From Narcine bancroftii (Eukaryota), in contig NC_091473.1 in assembly GCF_036971445.1 (NCBI RefSeq), forward strand, positions 205,406,001 through 205,470,000: a DNA stretch of 64,000 nucleotides, written 5' to 3'. This document shows, piece after piece, positions 1 to 13,100 of this stretch (position 1 is its first letter; every line of letters begins with the position of its first letter). The position numbers and the translations under genes were made by a program. The notes under the pieces were generated by a model that worked only from the letters and a program-made list of their open reading frames with translations, did no database searches and was not told the origin of the DNA.

Positions 1-808
1 GAAGAGATTCCACAATCCTCTCCTTTAAACGATAATCGATTCATAATGCATCAGATATTTGGGGTACAACGTATCTTTTGCTTTTTGTGAATTTCTGAGG
101 AAGGGTAATGCGGAAATTGAGAGACAATGGCATACATCACCCACCNNNNNNNNNNNNNNNNNNNNNNNNNNNNNNNNNNNNNNNNNNNNNNNNNNNNNNN
201 NNNNNNNNNNNNNNNNNNNNNNNNNNNNNNNNNNNNNNNNNNNNNNNNNNNNNNNNNNNNNNNNNNNNNNNNNNNNNNNNNNNNNNNNNNNNNNNNNNNN
301 NNNNNNNNNNNNNNNNNNNNNNNNNNNNNNNNNNNNNNNNNNNNNNNNNNNNNNNNNNNNNNNNNNNNNNNNNNNNNNNNNNNNNNNNNNNNNNNNNNNN
401 NNNNNNNNNNNNNNNNNNNNNNNNNNNNNNNCTGTGTAATCCTACTCCTTAGTGAGTCTTGAAGAATGGAATCTGCCTCATATCTTTATTTATTCCAATT
501 CATCGATCTGCTGCATAAACACTATGGATGTATTCTGTTGTTTATTTTAGATTTGGAAACACCGAACATGTCTTTTCTCTTGTCCACTCCGTTAATACTC
601 TTCATATTTCACAGTTAAAATTTGATTGAATGTTGGTTTCAGTCCCTGGTTCGACTCTCGTGCAGACTAATCACACTCAAAATGGTTTATTTCTGGAGTC
701 TCTGGCGTTGATTCAATTCCACAATATCTGTCTGAGATAATGGTGTTAAACGGAGGAACTGCACATCCGAACAGCATATACGATTTTGTCCTGCATTATG
801 CGATGATG

Positions 809-1314
809 CGAAGTACTCGAGATGGCAGAGGTCGACAGCATCGAGTCCACGCTGCTGAAGATCCAGCTGCGCTGGATGGGTCACGTCTCCAGAATGGAGG
901 ACCATCGCCTTCCCAAGATCGTGTTATATGGCGAGCTCTCCACTGGCCACCGTGACAGAGGTGCACCAAAGAAAAGGTACAAGGACTGCCTAAAGAAATC
1001 TCTTGGTGCCTGCCACATTGACCACCGCCAGTGGGCTGATAACGCCTCAAACCGTGCATCTTGGCGCCTCACAGTTTGGCGGGCAGCAACCTCCTTTGAA
1101 GAAGACCGCAGAGCCCACCTCACTGACAAAAGGCAAAGGAGGAAAAACCCAACACCGAACCCCAACCAACCAATTTTCCCTTGCAACCGCTGCAATCGTG
1201 TCTGCCTGTCCCGCATCGGACTTGTCAGCCACAAACGAGCCTGCAGCTGACGTGGACATTTTACCCCATCCATAAATCTTCGTCCGCGAAGCCAAGCCAA
1301 AGAAAAGAAAAGAA
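809..1314 (+). mobile_element. RTE-clade non-LTR retrotransposon, 5'-truncated 3' end
   Basis: ORF 822-1250 (QLRWMGHVSRMEDHRLPKIVLYGEL...CNRCNRVCLSRIGLVSH) is the typical RTE ORF C-terminus. (AAAGA)n tail at ~1299-1314. Candidate TSD gatgcga at 805-811 and 1315-1321. Near-identical to the copies at 51.5-53.2 kb. Confidence 0.9.
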
Positions 1315-1344
1315 GATGCGATGATTATGGAGCACCCTGGAACA

Positions 1345-1600
1345 TCCGTAGCACCAGAACATTCCCCAAACCGCCATTTTGACCCAAGGCTCCGTGCCTC
1401 CCAATTTACACCCTATTATCTGACACCCCTAGTACGAATTTTGAACAGTGGTAGAAATCCCGATCTCCCGGAGCAAACCCACATAGATCTGTGGAGAATG
1501 TACAAACTGCCGACAGATTGCGCGGGACTCGAACCTCGCCCGGTCTTGATCGCTGTCGCTGTAAAGGCATTGCACTAACAGCAATGCAACAGTGACGTGC
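1345..1600 (-). mobile_element. tRNA-derived SINE (V-SINE/HE1-like)
   Basis: On the minus strand a tRNA-like head with B-box ggttcgagtccc. On the plus strand ggagcaaacccacatagatctgtggagaatgtacaaact resembles the V-SINE central domain. Paralogous to 55740-55999. Confidence 0.7.
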
Positions 1601-2984
1601 TTCGCAGAAAACATTTGGTATGGTTCACTCACTATTTCTGGAATTTGCTACCACCATCTCAATCGTGTAGCTCGACGCTATGTTTCCGCATTGCTGCAGA
1701 TGCACCACAAAACACGTTGTGCTTCTGAACAATCACCAGTGGGAGCTGTATCCAGTTGGAAAAGAACAGAGAAAGGCGAATTAACAAAGCACTACAGATG
1801 CTATTCTACATTGAAAGGAAGAAGATAAAGAGAAAGATAGGGAGAAAAAGAAAGATAAATAGATTGGTAGGTGGATAGATGGAGAAAGAGAGAGAGAGAA
1901 GGAAAAAGTGGAATGGTTGTGGATGGAAATGGTTTAGGGATGATGGCAAGTTGAAATCTGCGACAGGGATATCGGGCCAGATAAACCCATAAAAGAAAAT
2001 GATCATGTCCGAGCAGGAGACGAATCAAGCTGGCAGGGGGCTGACATGTAATTTGTTCATGTCCGGTGAGTCGGAGGGAAACAGCCAACAACGTATCAGG
2101 TGAATGCCACAAGGTCAGGTCTCCCTTTCGGGAGAAGAAATGCAGCCTTTCTAAAGATATCGACATTGGAAATATCATCTCCTCAGTAAATCCCCTGGCC
2201 TAATCTGTGTCGTATTATTTCATGATCAGCAGAAATTTTCTCTTCGTTGCTTATACTCAAATCACCAAAGCTGTTCCTAGTTCTAGACGGAATGTTCTCT
2301 TGCAATGAGTAAAAGGTTCCAATGTTTTATTTTTCTACCTTGGTGGTAGTCGATTCCAAATACGACACATTTTCTAGCGACAGCATTGCTTGTTTGTTTT
2401 CTCAATTCCCGAGGGAGGGTGAGCATCGCGGTACTTCAGTCAGCTTTGGCATACTGGAATAAATCTTCGACCTATTGAACACGGTCTAAAGTATCGCATC
2501 AATATGCATGTATCCACGGATTGCAGTATAACAAGTATAGAAATAATGAAACTAGCAACAGCTGTTGAGGCACTTTCACTTTTGTATGTAGGTTTGATCC
2601 TTCTTCCCGTTGTCGCATATGTTTCGACCAGTTCCCAAAGATGCCACAGATGTGAGGGGCTGTAATGTTCAGCAAATGACACATAAGCAGAGGGAGATTG
2701 GAAAATATAGAGTCTGAAAGAGACAGAGGCATAGACATCGAGAATGAGAGAAGCGAGATGCAAAAAGGAGAACCGGGATATTGGGAAGAATTCAAATGGA
2801 TAAATGAAGGAGGTGCATACATCTTGCATGTGACCTACCAATGGGAAGGATCACGATCACGACATGTGAGATGGAAACGCCCCTTCAATTTGCCAAAACA
2901 AAATCGAGCTCCTGATCTTCCTTCCTGTCACTTATTTGATCCGACACACAGCACATGGTTCAAGTTGTTGCTTTACCAGGTACC

Positions 2985-3421
2985 ATGATCTCGATCTGGC
3001 CCACATTAATGATATTGTTTAAATTCACCGGTGAGTCTTTATTCAAGTGACTATTGTGACGACCGTGACTTCCATATCAGGCAGGTTACCTACATTTTCT
3101 GTTGTTTGTTCCAGGCGTCTATGGCGATGCTTCAATGTTGCAGTTTCCGCGTGATCTGGTGGCCGAAGAAGGAGAAACTGTGAAACTAAATTGTAGTTAT
3201 CTGGCATCATACAATGCTTACACCGCGATCTGGTACACTCAGAATCCCGGGAAAGCACCAAAATACCTACTGAAGATATCGACCTCGAACAATATAGATC
3301 GGTCCCATGGAATCTCATTGAGGTTTTCTGCTGACTATCATAAAGAAACTCGGTCGATTCCTTTAACAATCACAGACGTTCGTGTGTCTGATTCAGCCCT
3401 GTATCTCTGTGCCATGAGCCC
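2985..3421 (+). CDS. TRAV/TRDV: Intact T-cell receptor alpha/delta variable gene segment (leader exon 2985-3030, intron 3031-3114, V exon 3115-3421)
   Basis: Leader MISIWPTLMILFKFT-G|gtgagt (phase 1), acceptor tttgttccag. V exon GVYGDASMLQFPRDLVAEEGETVKLNCSYLASYNAYTAIWYTQNPGKAPKYLLKISTSNNIDRSHGISLRFSADYHKETRSIPLTITDVRVSDSALYLCAMSP has the first Cys, the conserved Trp, DSAxYxC and an open frame, and is followed directly by a 23-RSS. Alpha versus delta cannot be decided from sequence alone. Confidence 0.92.
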
Positions 3422-3460
3422 CACACTGCGACAACAAAGCAGCAGATCCGAACAGAAACC
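3422..3460 (+). other. Recombination signal sequence, 23-bp spacer
   Basis: Heptamer CACACTG 3422-3428, spacer 3429-3451 (23 nt), nonamer ACAGAAACC 3452-3460. Confidence 0.93.
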
Positions 3461-3934
3461 CACCATTGAAGTTCAAGCGCATCCAACAGAGGGAGCAGTC
3501 GCACCGGAATGCAGAGGAGGTCCAATTCAGAAATTACTAAAGGCATGTTCTGTAAACATTTCCAATTCCAAATCAAAGATGTGAAGATACGGCTAATATA
3601 TTTGAAGTACTATTTCATGCTATCGACAAGAATAATTCTCTTCAGCGATTGTTCTACATGAACAATAGCTCTTAGTGCGCCTCGATGATCCTGTTTGATT
3701 CTTTCCTTCCTGGATGGTAATCTATTCACAATGTACCAGCTTCTTTTAGATAGTCTTTCTCTTGCTGCTGTTCAATAACTGAGTCAGTGTAATGGACACA
3801 CTTTCTCACAACCACTGGTCTGCTGGGGGTAAGTGAAATCATTTTTGGATGTGCTGGGAGAGGTAGAGAAGATGCTCTTCCTCCCTTTTATTGTCCAGTT
3901 TCATTTTCACACTCGAATTTATGAGACGGGGTGG

Positions 3935-6900
3935 TTGGATGTGGCAGCAGCGCGGAGCCTAATGGCGTAATGAAGGTGGACTCATGACCCTCCTGGGGAT
4001 TCATGTATAAAATCCGAAATAAATGACTATTTAAAAATATATAAGTATATTATAACCTTCCAAAACGTACTGGTATACTTTTGGATATGGCAACTAGAGG
4101 AAGGAAAATGGCAAGAGACAAAAGAAATTGTGAGTAAAGATACAAAGAAAATCGAAGAAAAACAACCTTGCTTGAATATGCAGCCAGAACCTCAGATTCC
4201 TAAACCTCTGCGAGTGACACGCATGATGACAGCCTTCTTTCATCTGAAGGCAGCGACACCTGCTGAGACAAACAGGGAGGGAAGTTTGCACCCGGTCTCT
4301 CCAGAAACTTGCAGAAGTTTATCCCCGTGCATGCACGAAGGAGACGCTCGACAGTGCCTTTCCAATTTGTGTTCAAATTATGGAACTGCAATCTGACAGA
4401 GAAGAGCTGCCAGGAACCCCTGTTGCTTTGACAGCTGGTAATCAATGGAAAAAGGAAGATCAAGAAGAATCGGATGAGGATGAATAAGATGATGAAGAGG
4501 AAGTGCTGAATGCTTCGGAATATGAAGCCCCAAATATAATGAGTCAATATCAAGTTATAAGGGATTATAAGGACGTTAAATGTGAAATGTTTAAACATGC
4601 TTCACAATTTAATCAAGATAAAGGAACACTTCAAAGAGTTGAACTTAATGGAATATTGTTAAAATGATATGGATATCTGCATGGCTAGAATTGACAGTAT
4701 CGAATTTTCAGATTCTCTCTGTGAAAAGCAGAGAAAAGAAATGATGGAAAATATGGATATGTTGGACAATCAAAGTAGACGAAACAAACTTAAGTTTGTT
4801 GGTCTTAAAAAAATTTTTGAAGGAACTGAAAATCCTGTGGAACGTTTTTGAAAAGTGGAATCCCAGCATTAATGAAGAGAATTTTCTAATTAAAATTGAA
4901 TTGGAAAGAACTCATAGAGCTTTATGGAGGAAGCCACAGATAAATCAATCATTTAGCTATATTAATTAAGTGTCTGCGATACCAGGGTAATGAAAAGATC
5001 TTATTACTCGCAGTTCAAAAAACAAGACAAAATATATGTCCAATGGTTATTGATGGAAATAAAATTTAAATAAGCCGGTGGTGGATAGGAGAAAAGAATT
5101 TAATCCAGCGACTGCGATTTTTAGGAAGAAGGGATTTTAGTTTACTTTCACACATCCAACTACTTTAAAGATGTTTTTGGGTAATGAAAGATCCAAGTTT
5201 GTTTCTGGATGAGGAGGTAGCGCGAACTAGAATCACTTCCTACATTTAAAGAAGAGCAGCAGAAATTGTTGAGTTTTGAACGAGAAATACAAAGAGAAGT
5301 GATAAAAATACAAATCACCCTGAAGAGGGCTGACACGAAACAGATTGTGTTGTCAATAAGAGTTGCAATTGCCTACAGAAACTCAGACTGAAAGAAATGT
5401 AATTGATGATGATTGTGAAGTAGGGGANNNNNNNNNNNNNNNNNNNNNNNNNNNNNNNNNNNNNNNNNNNNNNNNNNNNNNNNNNNNNNNNNNNNNNNNN
5501 NNNNNNNNNNNNNNNNNNNNNNNNNNNNNNNNNNNNNNNNNNNNNNNNNNNNNNNNNNNNNNNNNGGTTTGATGTTTTTCTTACTTCCTTGATGCGTTAT
5601 CTTCCATATTGAGGCAGCACTCATTCTGTGGAGGGAAATTGAGCTATGGTGTATTTTCTCAGCACACTTTGAGTGGGATTTATTTTATATGTTTATGTAA
5701 TTTGTTGATTAATTATAAATTATTTTCTTTTGAAAATTCTTCATTTTTCTCCAACGATACGGAGACGAACAGGAACTGGTTAGAATTGATGAAGGAGAAC
5801 TGGATTGGAAGAGATTTGAATCTAAGAAAATGGATGAAAAGGATATACTAAATCCTCTTAGTTTTAATGTTAATGGGTGAATAATACAATTTAAAGAAAA
5901 TGAATATGAAATCGTATGAAAAATACGAAATAGATATTGGATTGTTACGAGAAACCAATTTGATAGAGAAGTTGAAAATTAAAAAAAGAAGATATGGTCG
6001 ACCAATTGGTAGCTTTATCTTTTAATTCGAATACAAGAGGAGTAGCAATATTTATTAAAAAAAATTACTGATCAAAATTGTAGAAACTATAATGGATTCT
6101 GGAGGAAGAAATGTTTTGATAAATTGTCAAATTTATTTTGAAATGTGAGCACATATGAGCATTTTGCACCAAATGTCATTGATGAAGAATTTATAAGGCA
6201 TACTGTTTTTTTTTAATTTTCGGATCAATCTCAGGAAAAGGTTTTAAAATGAGGTGATATTTCATTGTTGACGTTTAATTATTGGATAAATCAGTGAAAA
6301 CAATAAGGGGTGCTAAAGCGGGTAAGACTAATTTAAGTTTAATGAAGCAATTAAATTTAGTTGATACATAGCGAAAGATGAATCCTAAAGAGAAAGATTA
6401 TTCTTATTATTCTCATAGACCTATTTATATTCGATAATAGTATTTTTATATATTGGAACAGTTGCGAGAAAGAATTAATAATATTGAATATAAAGCGAGA
6501 ATATTATCTGATCTATTTCTACTTTTATTGACATTTTCAATTCTTGAGGGAAAGGTGTGCTGTATAGATAATAGTTTAATATGGCATTATTAAAGAGTGT
6601 ATTTTTGTTATTTTAGAAGAAAATAAATTCAATTATTTTTAGAAATGAATTCTAATTCAGTAAACAATAAATTTTATATTTGGCATGCATCCAAATCGTA
6701 TTTACGAGGTCGAATAATGTCATTCGAATAAAATTAAAAAAGAATATATAAAATAATCAAATCAATAGAACCACATAGTGGTAAATTAGAAAAGAAATGT
6801 ACAAAATAATCCTTTTGAATTAAAAAAAAATATATTTAATAAAGATGAAATCTCCAATATCATATTATTCATATATACAGAACTGGAAGTTTATTTCAAA

Positions 6901-8715
6901 GCACCAAACAGAGATATTAAGAATTAGGTTAAAGGGTTCATAAACATTAAACATTGCAATAGAAAGCAGAACAGACATCTGGAGTGATTAATACAGTTAA
7001 AAAATTCGGGACTTCTTACATGTAGACAATAAGAAATACATTATGTATTTGAGGAGTTTGATTCTGAATTATATCACTCAGAATAATAGCATAATTAAAC
7101 TAGGATTAATGCGTTTTTTAAATAAAAATCACGTTACCTACTTTAAAGAATTAAGAACAAAATGATTTGACTTTAGTATTGAGTTCATTACAAAATAAGA
7201 AATCGTCAGGAGAAGATGGATCTCCTGTAGAGTTTTATAAGATATTTATGGACGTTTTAATGAGTTCATTTATGATGGTGCTAAATCAAGCAATATAGGT
7301 GCATTCTCTACCAGTACTTTTCAACTGAAATTATTACAGTAGCACCAAAGAAAGATAGAGATTTAATGAGACCAATTTCATCATTAAATATCTATAATAA
7401 AATAATAGATAAAAAGTTAGGAAATAGATTCGTAAAGTATTTGTCGAAGTTAATACACATAGATCAAAATCGATTTGTTAAATATTAGAAAACTGCATAT
7501 ACTTTGTTTGATTATTTTAATAACAAAGATTGATTTGCTTAATACATGTAGTTCAAATGATGGGAAATCTGAGTGTTGCAGTGCTTTTAAATGCTGAGAA
7601 TGAATTTGATAAATTAGAATGAGATTTCCTCTTTAAAGGTTTGGAGAAATGTTAATTAGGATCAATGTGTATAGATTAGGCTAAAATGGTAAAAAATAAA
7701 CCTAGTGCGAAGGTAGTGACTAATTGTCAGATTTCAACATCTTTTGATTTAACTAGATCAAGTAGGGAAGGTTGCCCACTGTCACCAGCTTTATTCGTTT
7801 TAGCAATAGAATAATAGGCTGAATTAATAAGTCAGGATTCCAAGATTGTGGGTATTAAGATAGATCAGGAAGAACTTTAAAATAAATTTATTTGCAGATG
7901 ATGTTTTGATTTATTGAACAGATCCTTTAAATTCTATACAACAACATAAATTCAGAATAAAATTAAAGAGGATTTGATAAGATGGAATATGTTACCTTTT
8001 ACTTTAAAAGGTAGAGTAAATTGTGTTAAGATAAATGTTTGACCTCGGATACAATTTTTATTTCAATCAATTCCAATTGAAATTAATCAAAACAAATATA
8101 ACAAATTAAACATCTATTTTAGAATGTTTTCATGGAAAAGACAAATGGCAACAGTTTCTTTGTAAAATGTAACGTGGAAATATGACTTAGCAGGTTTACA
8201 GCTCCCCAATGTTATGAAATATTATATATCTGCCCAGTTGATATTTATTAATGTAATGTATGGTTTCAATAATGTTCCAACATGGGTGAATATAGAAATG
8301 AATTACATTGGGGAAATAAATCCACAAGAATTCATTTATAAATGGAATACAAGATTGTTAATAGCGAATAGAGAAACATCCATACTGAAATATTAAATTA
8401 AGCTTTGGAATAAAGTTGATAAAGAGATTGGAGGTGAAGGGTTAATTTCAAGAAGAACACCGTTATTTAAAAATAATTTATTCCAATTTCTATGGGAAAT
8501 CAATTTTTAAAGATTTGGAAAAATTATGGCATTAAGAAAATTAAAGGTTGTTTTGAAGCTGGGATATTGATTACTTTTAGTAGAATGAAGAAACAATTTA
8601 AGGTATTTGAATAGACTCGATTATGTTTTTATCAAATAAAGATTTTTATGTGAAGGTGTTGGTCAAGATTCAATATTACCAGCAGAAAGAAGGGTAGAAT
8701 TGTTATTATTTCAAG
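3935..8715 (+). mobile_element. Old degenerate L1/Tx1-clade LINE (ORF1 + most of ORF2, 3' end missing)
   Basis: ORF1 remnant LDNQSRRNKLKFVGL (~4760-4810). ORF2 remnants include endonuclease-like sequence near 5.9-6.5 kb, GCPLSP (~7770), LFADDVL (~7890) and GLQLPN (~8195). Many stops and frameshifts; ends approximate. Confidence 0.85.
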
Positions 8716-8789
8716 TATGCATGATTCATTTTCTCTTACATCGATTCCTACACTTTGGTCCGCCCTATGTATCTAGTTTCAATGCACAT

Positions 8790-9110
8790 GTGCTTCTTTA
8801 GCAAAATTTCTTGCAAGAATATTTGTGCTCCTCCAGTTCAGATTGAATATGTCCCGTTGAAAAAGGTCCCGCCTTCACTGGAAAACAGCCCAATTATCAA
8901 TTAATCAGAAACCATCTATTCTGTAGCTTACCTTCTGTACTATTCTTAAATGCACATGCACGTGGCATTGGTAGCTATCCTGAGATTGCTATCCTGTAGG
9001 TCCTGCCCTTTAACATAGCTCCTAATGAGCTAACATACCTTCCAGAACCTCCTCACCCTTCCTGTTCCCACGTGGACCATGACATCCCTCCCTCCTGAGT
9101 ATCAGTAGAA
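8790..9110 (-). mobile_element. CR1-type LINE ORF1 (SGNH esterase region) remnant
   Basis: Minus strand reads DNWAVFQ*RRDLFQRDIFNLNWRSTNILARNFA, resembling the DGLHLNxxG esterase motif of CR1 ORF1. Confidence 0.6.
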
Positions 9111-9744
9111 TTCGATCCGATGCAGGCCAATGTGCGGAGAGCCTCGTGACTAGCATATCTACCAATGTGAATATACTCTGTACCTTTATTCTTCTGTATT
9201 AGAATACATCTCAGATTCGGTTTCTTGACTGTACTTCTGGATTACGTGTCACCTCCCAAATATACACCTCATATTCTGAATTAAACTTCATCTACTTTTT
9301 AACTGCCCACCAGCCCAAACTTTCAAGATGAAATCTTTTGCAAAGGTCCTCACAATCTAAAATTACAGACACTTCAGTTTCATCCGGAAATTTGATAATC
9401 CCGCCACGTACAGTTTCAATTTAATGATTGACGTAGATGATAAACAAAAATGGGCCGTGCACAATAGCAAATGTACAAATTACGTCACCTGTGAGCTATT
9501 AGCCAATTACATACTGGAGAAACACCATTTCGCAGAAAGAGAAAATTGCTCAGACATATGGACTGGAACATATTACAAAGAATCACGTCTCTCCCATAGG
9601 GTCTGGTGGTAAACATCGTGCTGAGATTGTGATCCTAACTAATAATGTCAAGGCTCCACATTGGTTTTCTCCAAAAATTCCCCCTGTGGGAACCTTAGTT
9701 TTTGTTCACTTCTGGATACGGAAATATCTGCAATTTGTTGCACA

Positions 9745-10075
9745 AGCTTATGGTGACAACTCATTGTCACAGAATCATTTAAGCTGATGCTAGAATAATA
9801 ATGAAATGTAAGAATTAACTGCAGTTACCCATCAGTATTTAATGACAACACTGTTATATGGTACATTTGGTGAACTGAGGAATAGTCAAAATATCTTCTT
9901 CATGTATTGAGTAATGGATTGTAAGCGCGATCACGATTCTCTAGTCCTGAGTTCAGCTGATTATCGTAAGAGTTTCAGTTTATTCCTTAAGCCATCTCTG
10001 TGATCATTGTATTTGATGCTGAAGTGTTTGTGTGTGTGCCATGACGCAGAGAAGCAGCGGATCCAAACATAGACC
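9745..10075 (+). pseudogene. TCR V pseudogene (subtype A), heavily decayed, RSS heptamer lost
   Basis: Collinear remnants: aactgcagttaccca (NCSYP), tggtacatt (WYI), aaatatcttctt (KYLL), tcagctgattatcgtaag (SADYRK), tgtgccatga (CAM). Spacer/nonamer remnant agcagcggatccaaacatagacc resembles that of the intact gene. Confidence 0.75.
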
Positions 10076-10193
10076 AATACCCGGTAGTTCAAGCGAGCAG
10101 CCACCAAAAATGACACTTCCTGGGCTAAAGACTAGTGATGAGACGCAGAAGAATTTTCTTCTGTTTATACCTGAATGAACATGGATTTTCATC

Positions 10194-13100
10194 ATGGTGT
10201 AGAGTCGAGACATGTAATCTCAACCTCTCTGGCTGGACTTGTATGTCCCAGTTTTTTAACTCGTTATTTTCAAGTTTAAACTTTTAAAGTTTTTTAGCTT
10301 AAAGTATTGAGGAACTATTATGGCCATTAATGGTAAAAATATTAAACCTCAAGTGCAGAAGAAGTTACATTTTCGAAGTGGTGAAGATTTGGGGCCTAAA
10401 CGACTTGTTACAGCTTCGGGTTTAATTTCCTCAGTGTCTAAACCACAAATACTGCCTGCGGGAGCTGATAAAAAGTCTACTACTTACCAAGTGAAGGATG
10501 GCTCTGGAATTATCCGTTCTCTGGAAGAAGGTGCGTGTTCCCAAGAAGTGGATCCCGATTCTGGAAGCTTTTCGATTTTAACGGAGGGAGTATGCAGGAA
10601 GACGACTCTATTGTTTGAAATACATCAGGAAGCATTTCAACCTGAAGATATCGTTTTCTTCCATGCTTTTGCACTAAAACAACCAGCTGCGGCGAGAGTC
10701 CAGCGGCGACCCACTGAGGAAGTCGGGGTGTCGTCGCTCGGTGTTCAGACCCGCAGTAAAACCTCTAAAATGCCTTTTGTTGAGTTGCAGCAGGAGCTGC
10801 AGTTACCTGGTTCTGCCACTACGTCAGAGAAAGCTGGGCTGAGCTTTTCTGAGTTGCAATGTCTGCAGTTAAATGCTGTCATTCAACCTTTAATGAATGA
10901 CATGGCTCAAATGAATGCTAGTATAAGTTCAGAATTGTATGCAGTTAAAGCACATATTATGAAGAATTTAAAAGATTTCAGACTGCTTTTTAGGCCTCTA
11001 AATAGCAAGTGGTTTCTAACACAGAAAAAGTGTTAAAGGTTGAAAAATCAGTTACAGAATTGGGAGAATGCGAGAAGGAGTTAGAGAGGAAAATAGGCTA
11101 CTTGGAGAATCAAAGCAGAAGGAATAATGTGAAAATCGTTGGTTTGCCAGAAGGTATGGAAGGACAAGATCCTCTTCGTTCTTTTAAAGACTGTATCCCA
11201 CTAGTACTAGGGCAAGAATTTTTTCTGGAGGCTTGGTACTGGAAAGAGCTCACAGAGCTTTAAGAAGAACACCTTTACCTGGTCAACCACCGAGACCTGT
11301 AATGATTCGATGTTTGAATTATTTGGACAGAGAAGCAATACTTTGAGTACCAGTGCAAAATGCGAGACAACGACCAACTCCGTTATTGATTCAGAATGGC
11401 AGAGTTTTTTTTTACCCCGATTTGAGTCAAGAGGTCACTCAACTTCGATATCAATTTAATCCAGTTAAAGAAGTTTTGTGGCATAAAGGTTATAAGTCTA
11501 CTTTTCACTACCTGGCAGTGTTGAAGGTGTTTTATGGAGACCACCAATTTCTGTGTTTTGAGAATGATCGTGAAGCAATTATTTTTGCTGATTCATTGCC
11601 ATATATAAGAGGACAAAGACGTAGTCCACCATTGTCTCCTAAAGAAAAATCTGGTTGTTCTGGAAATGGAAGAAATGGCAGAAATGGGAAAAACGGGAAT
11701 GGAAAGAGTCCAACTTCTTCTGAAATGGGATCTCCGAGTTTGGAATCTCTTGGATGAATAGAAGATTTTTTAATTCTTATTTTACTTTTTATGTTATTAT
11801 TATATTTTGATGTTATTCATTGTTTGGCTGGGGAGGGATAGATTTGCTCTAAGTTCTTTACTAGTCATTAGCCACTGGTGGGTGACCCACACCCAATTTT
11901 TATTTAGGGATTACTACCTTTAGGTAATTTTTTTTGGGGGGGGGGAATTTTTAATTTTTTAAAAAATTTTCATTTTAATTAGATTTTAATTTGTGTTTTT
12001 TTTCCTATTGGACGGCCTATATACGTTGATTTGAATTTTCATATAAAGATAGTATTGGTATTTATTAATAATAGTAGATATGTCAAAGTTGAGGTTTGCT
12101 ACTTTTAATGTTCGAGGTTTAAATTGTCTGATCAAGCATAAGCGAGTCTTGGCGTATATTAAGAAAATGAAAATTGATGTTGCTTTTTTCAAGAAACACA
12201 TTTGAATGTCAAGGAAAGTATGAAATTAAAGAGGGAGTGGGGTGTGCATGTATATTCTTCTTCATTTAATTCCAGGGCTAAAGGTGTAGCAATTGTGATA
12301 CATAAAAAATTATCTTTTGAATTACAATCAATGGAGGAAAAGACAGTATGTATTCTTAAATTGAATTGTCAGATTTGTAGTGAATTCTGGACTTTACTTA
12401 ATAATGTAGATGATGGAATATTGATTTCAGATATTTTTTGTATTTGGGACAGGCAAATGATAATATTTTAGTTGGTGGTGATTTTAATTGTGTTTTGGAA
12501 CCTTTATTAGATAAATCTCCGAAGAAAGTTAAGAAATCTAAGATGGCAGTTCAGGTTCAAGTTTTGATGGAAGTTATTAATTTAGTAGATATTTGGAGAC
12601 GTCTTAATCTGACAGAGAAAGATTTCTCCTTTTATTCATCTAGACATGAATCGTTTTCAAGGATTGACTTTTTTTTAGTATCGGCACATTTACAAGGGAA
12701 AATACAACAAGCGGAATATAAAAGTAGGGTAATTTCAGTTCATTCTTTGTTATACTTTACATATGTAACTTCTGAGAAAATTCAAGTGGCCTATCGTTGG
12801 AGGTTTAATACAATGTTGTTAAAATATGTAATTTATTGATTTTTTGAAAAAAACAATTTTTTTGAAAGAAAATTCTAATTCTGTTCAAAATAAGTTTGTA
12901 TTATGGGATGCTATGAAAGCTTATTTGAAAGGACAAATAATTAGTGATACTTCTAAAATAAAAAAATAATCGATTAAATCAGAGTCTTGAATTAGAGAAA
13001 CAGATTGAAGAGTTTGAAAAGGAATTTTAGAAAGATGCTACAGAAGATCAGAAAATAGAATTATCCAGGTTGAAATTGGAATATAATACTTTGCAATCTT

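Noticed and set aside
3102-3584. 160-aa ORF as a standalone protein
   Set aside because: It starts in the intron and reads through the RSS; the real unit is leader exon + V exon ending at 3421.
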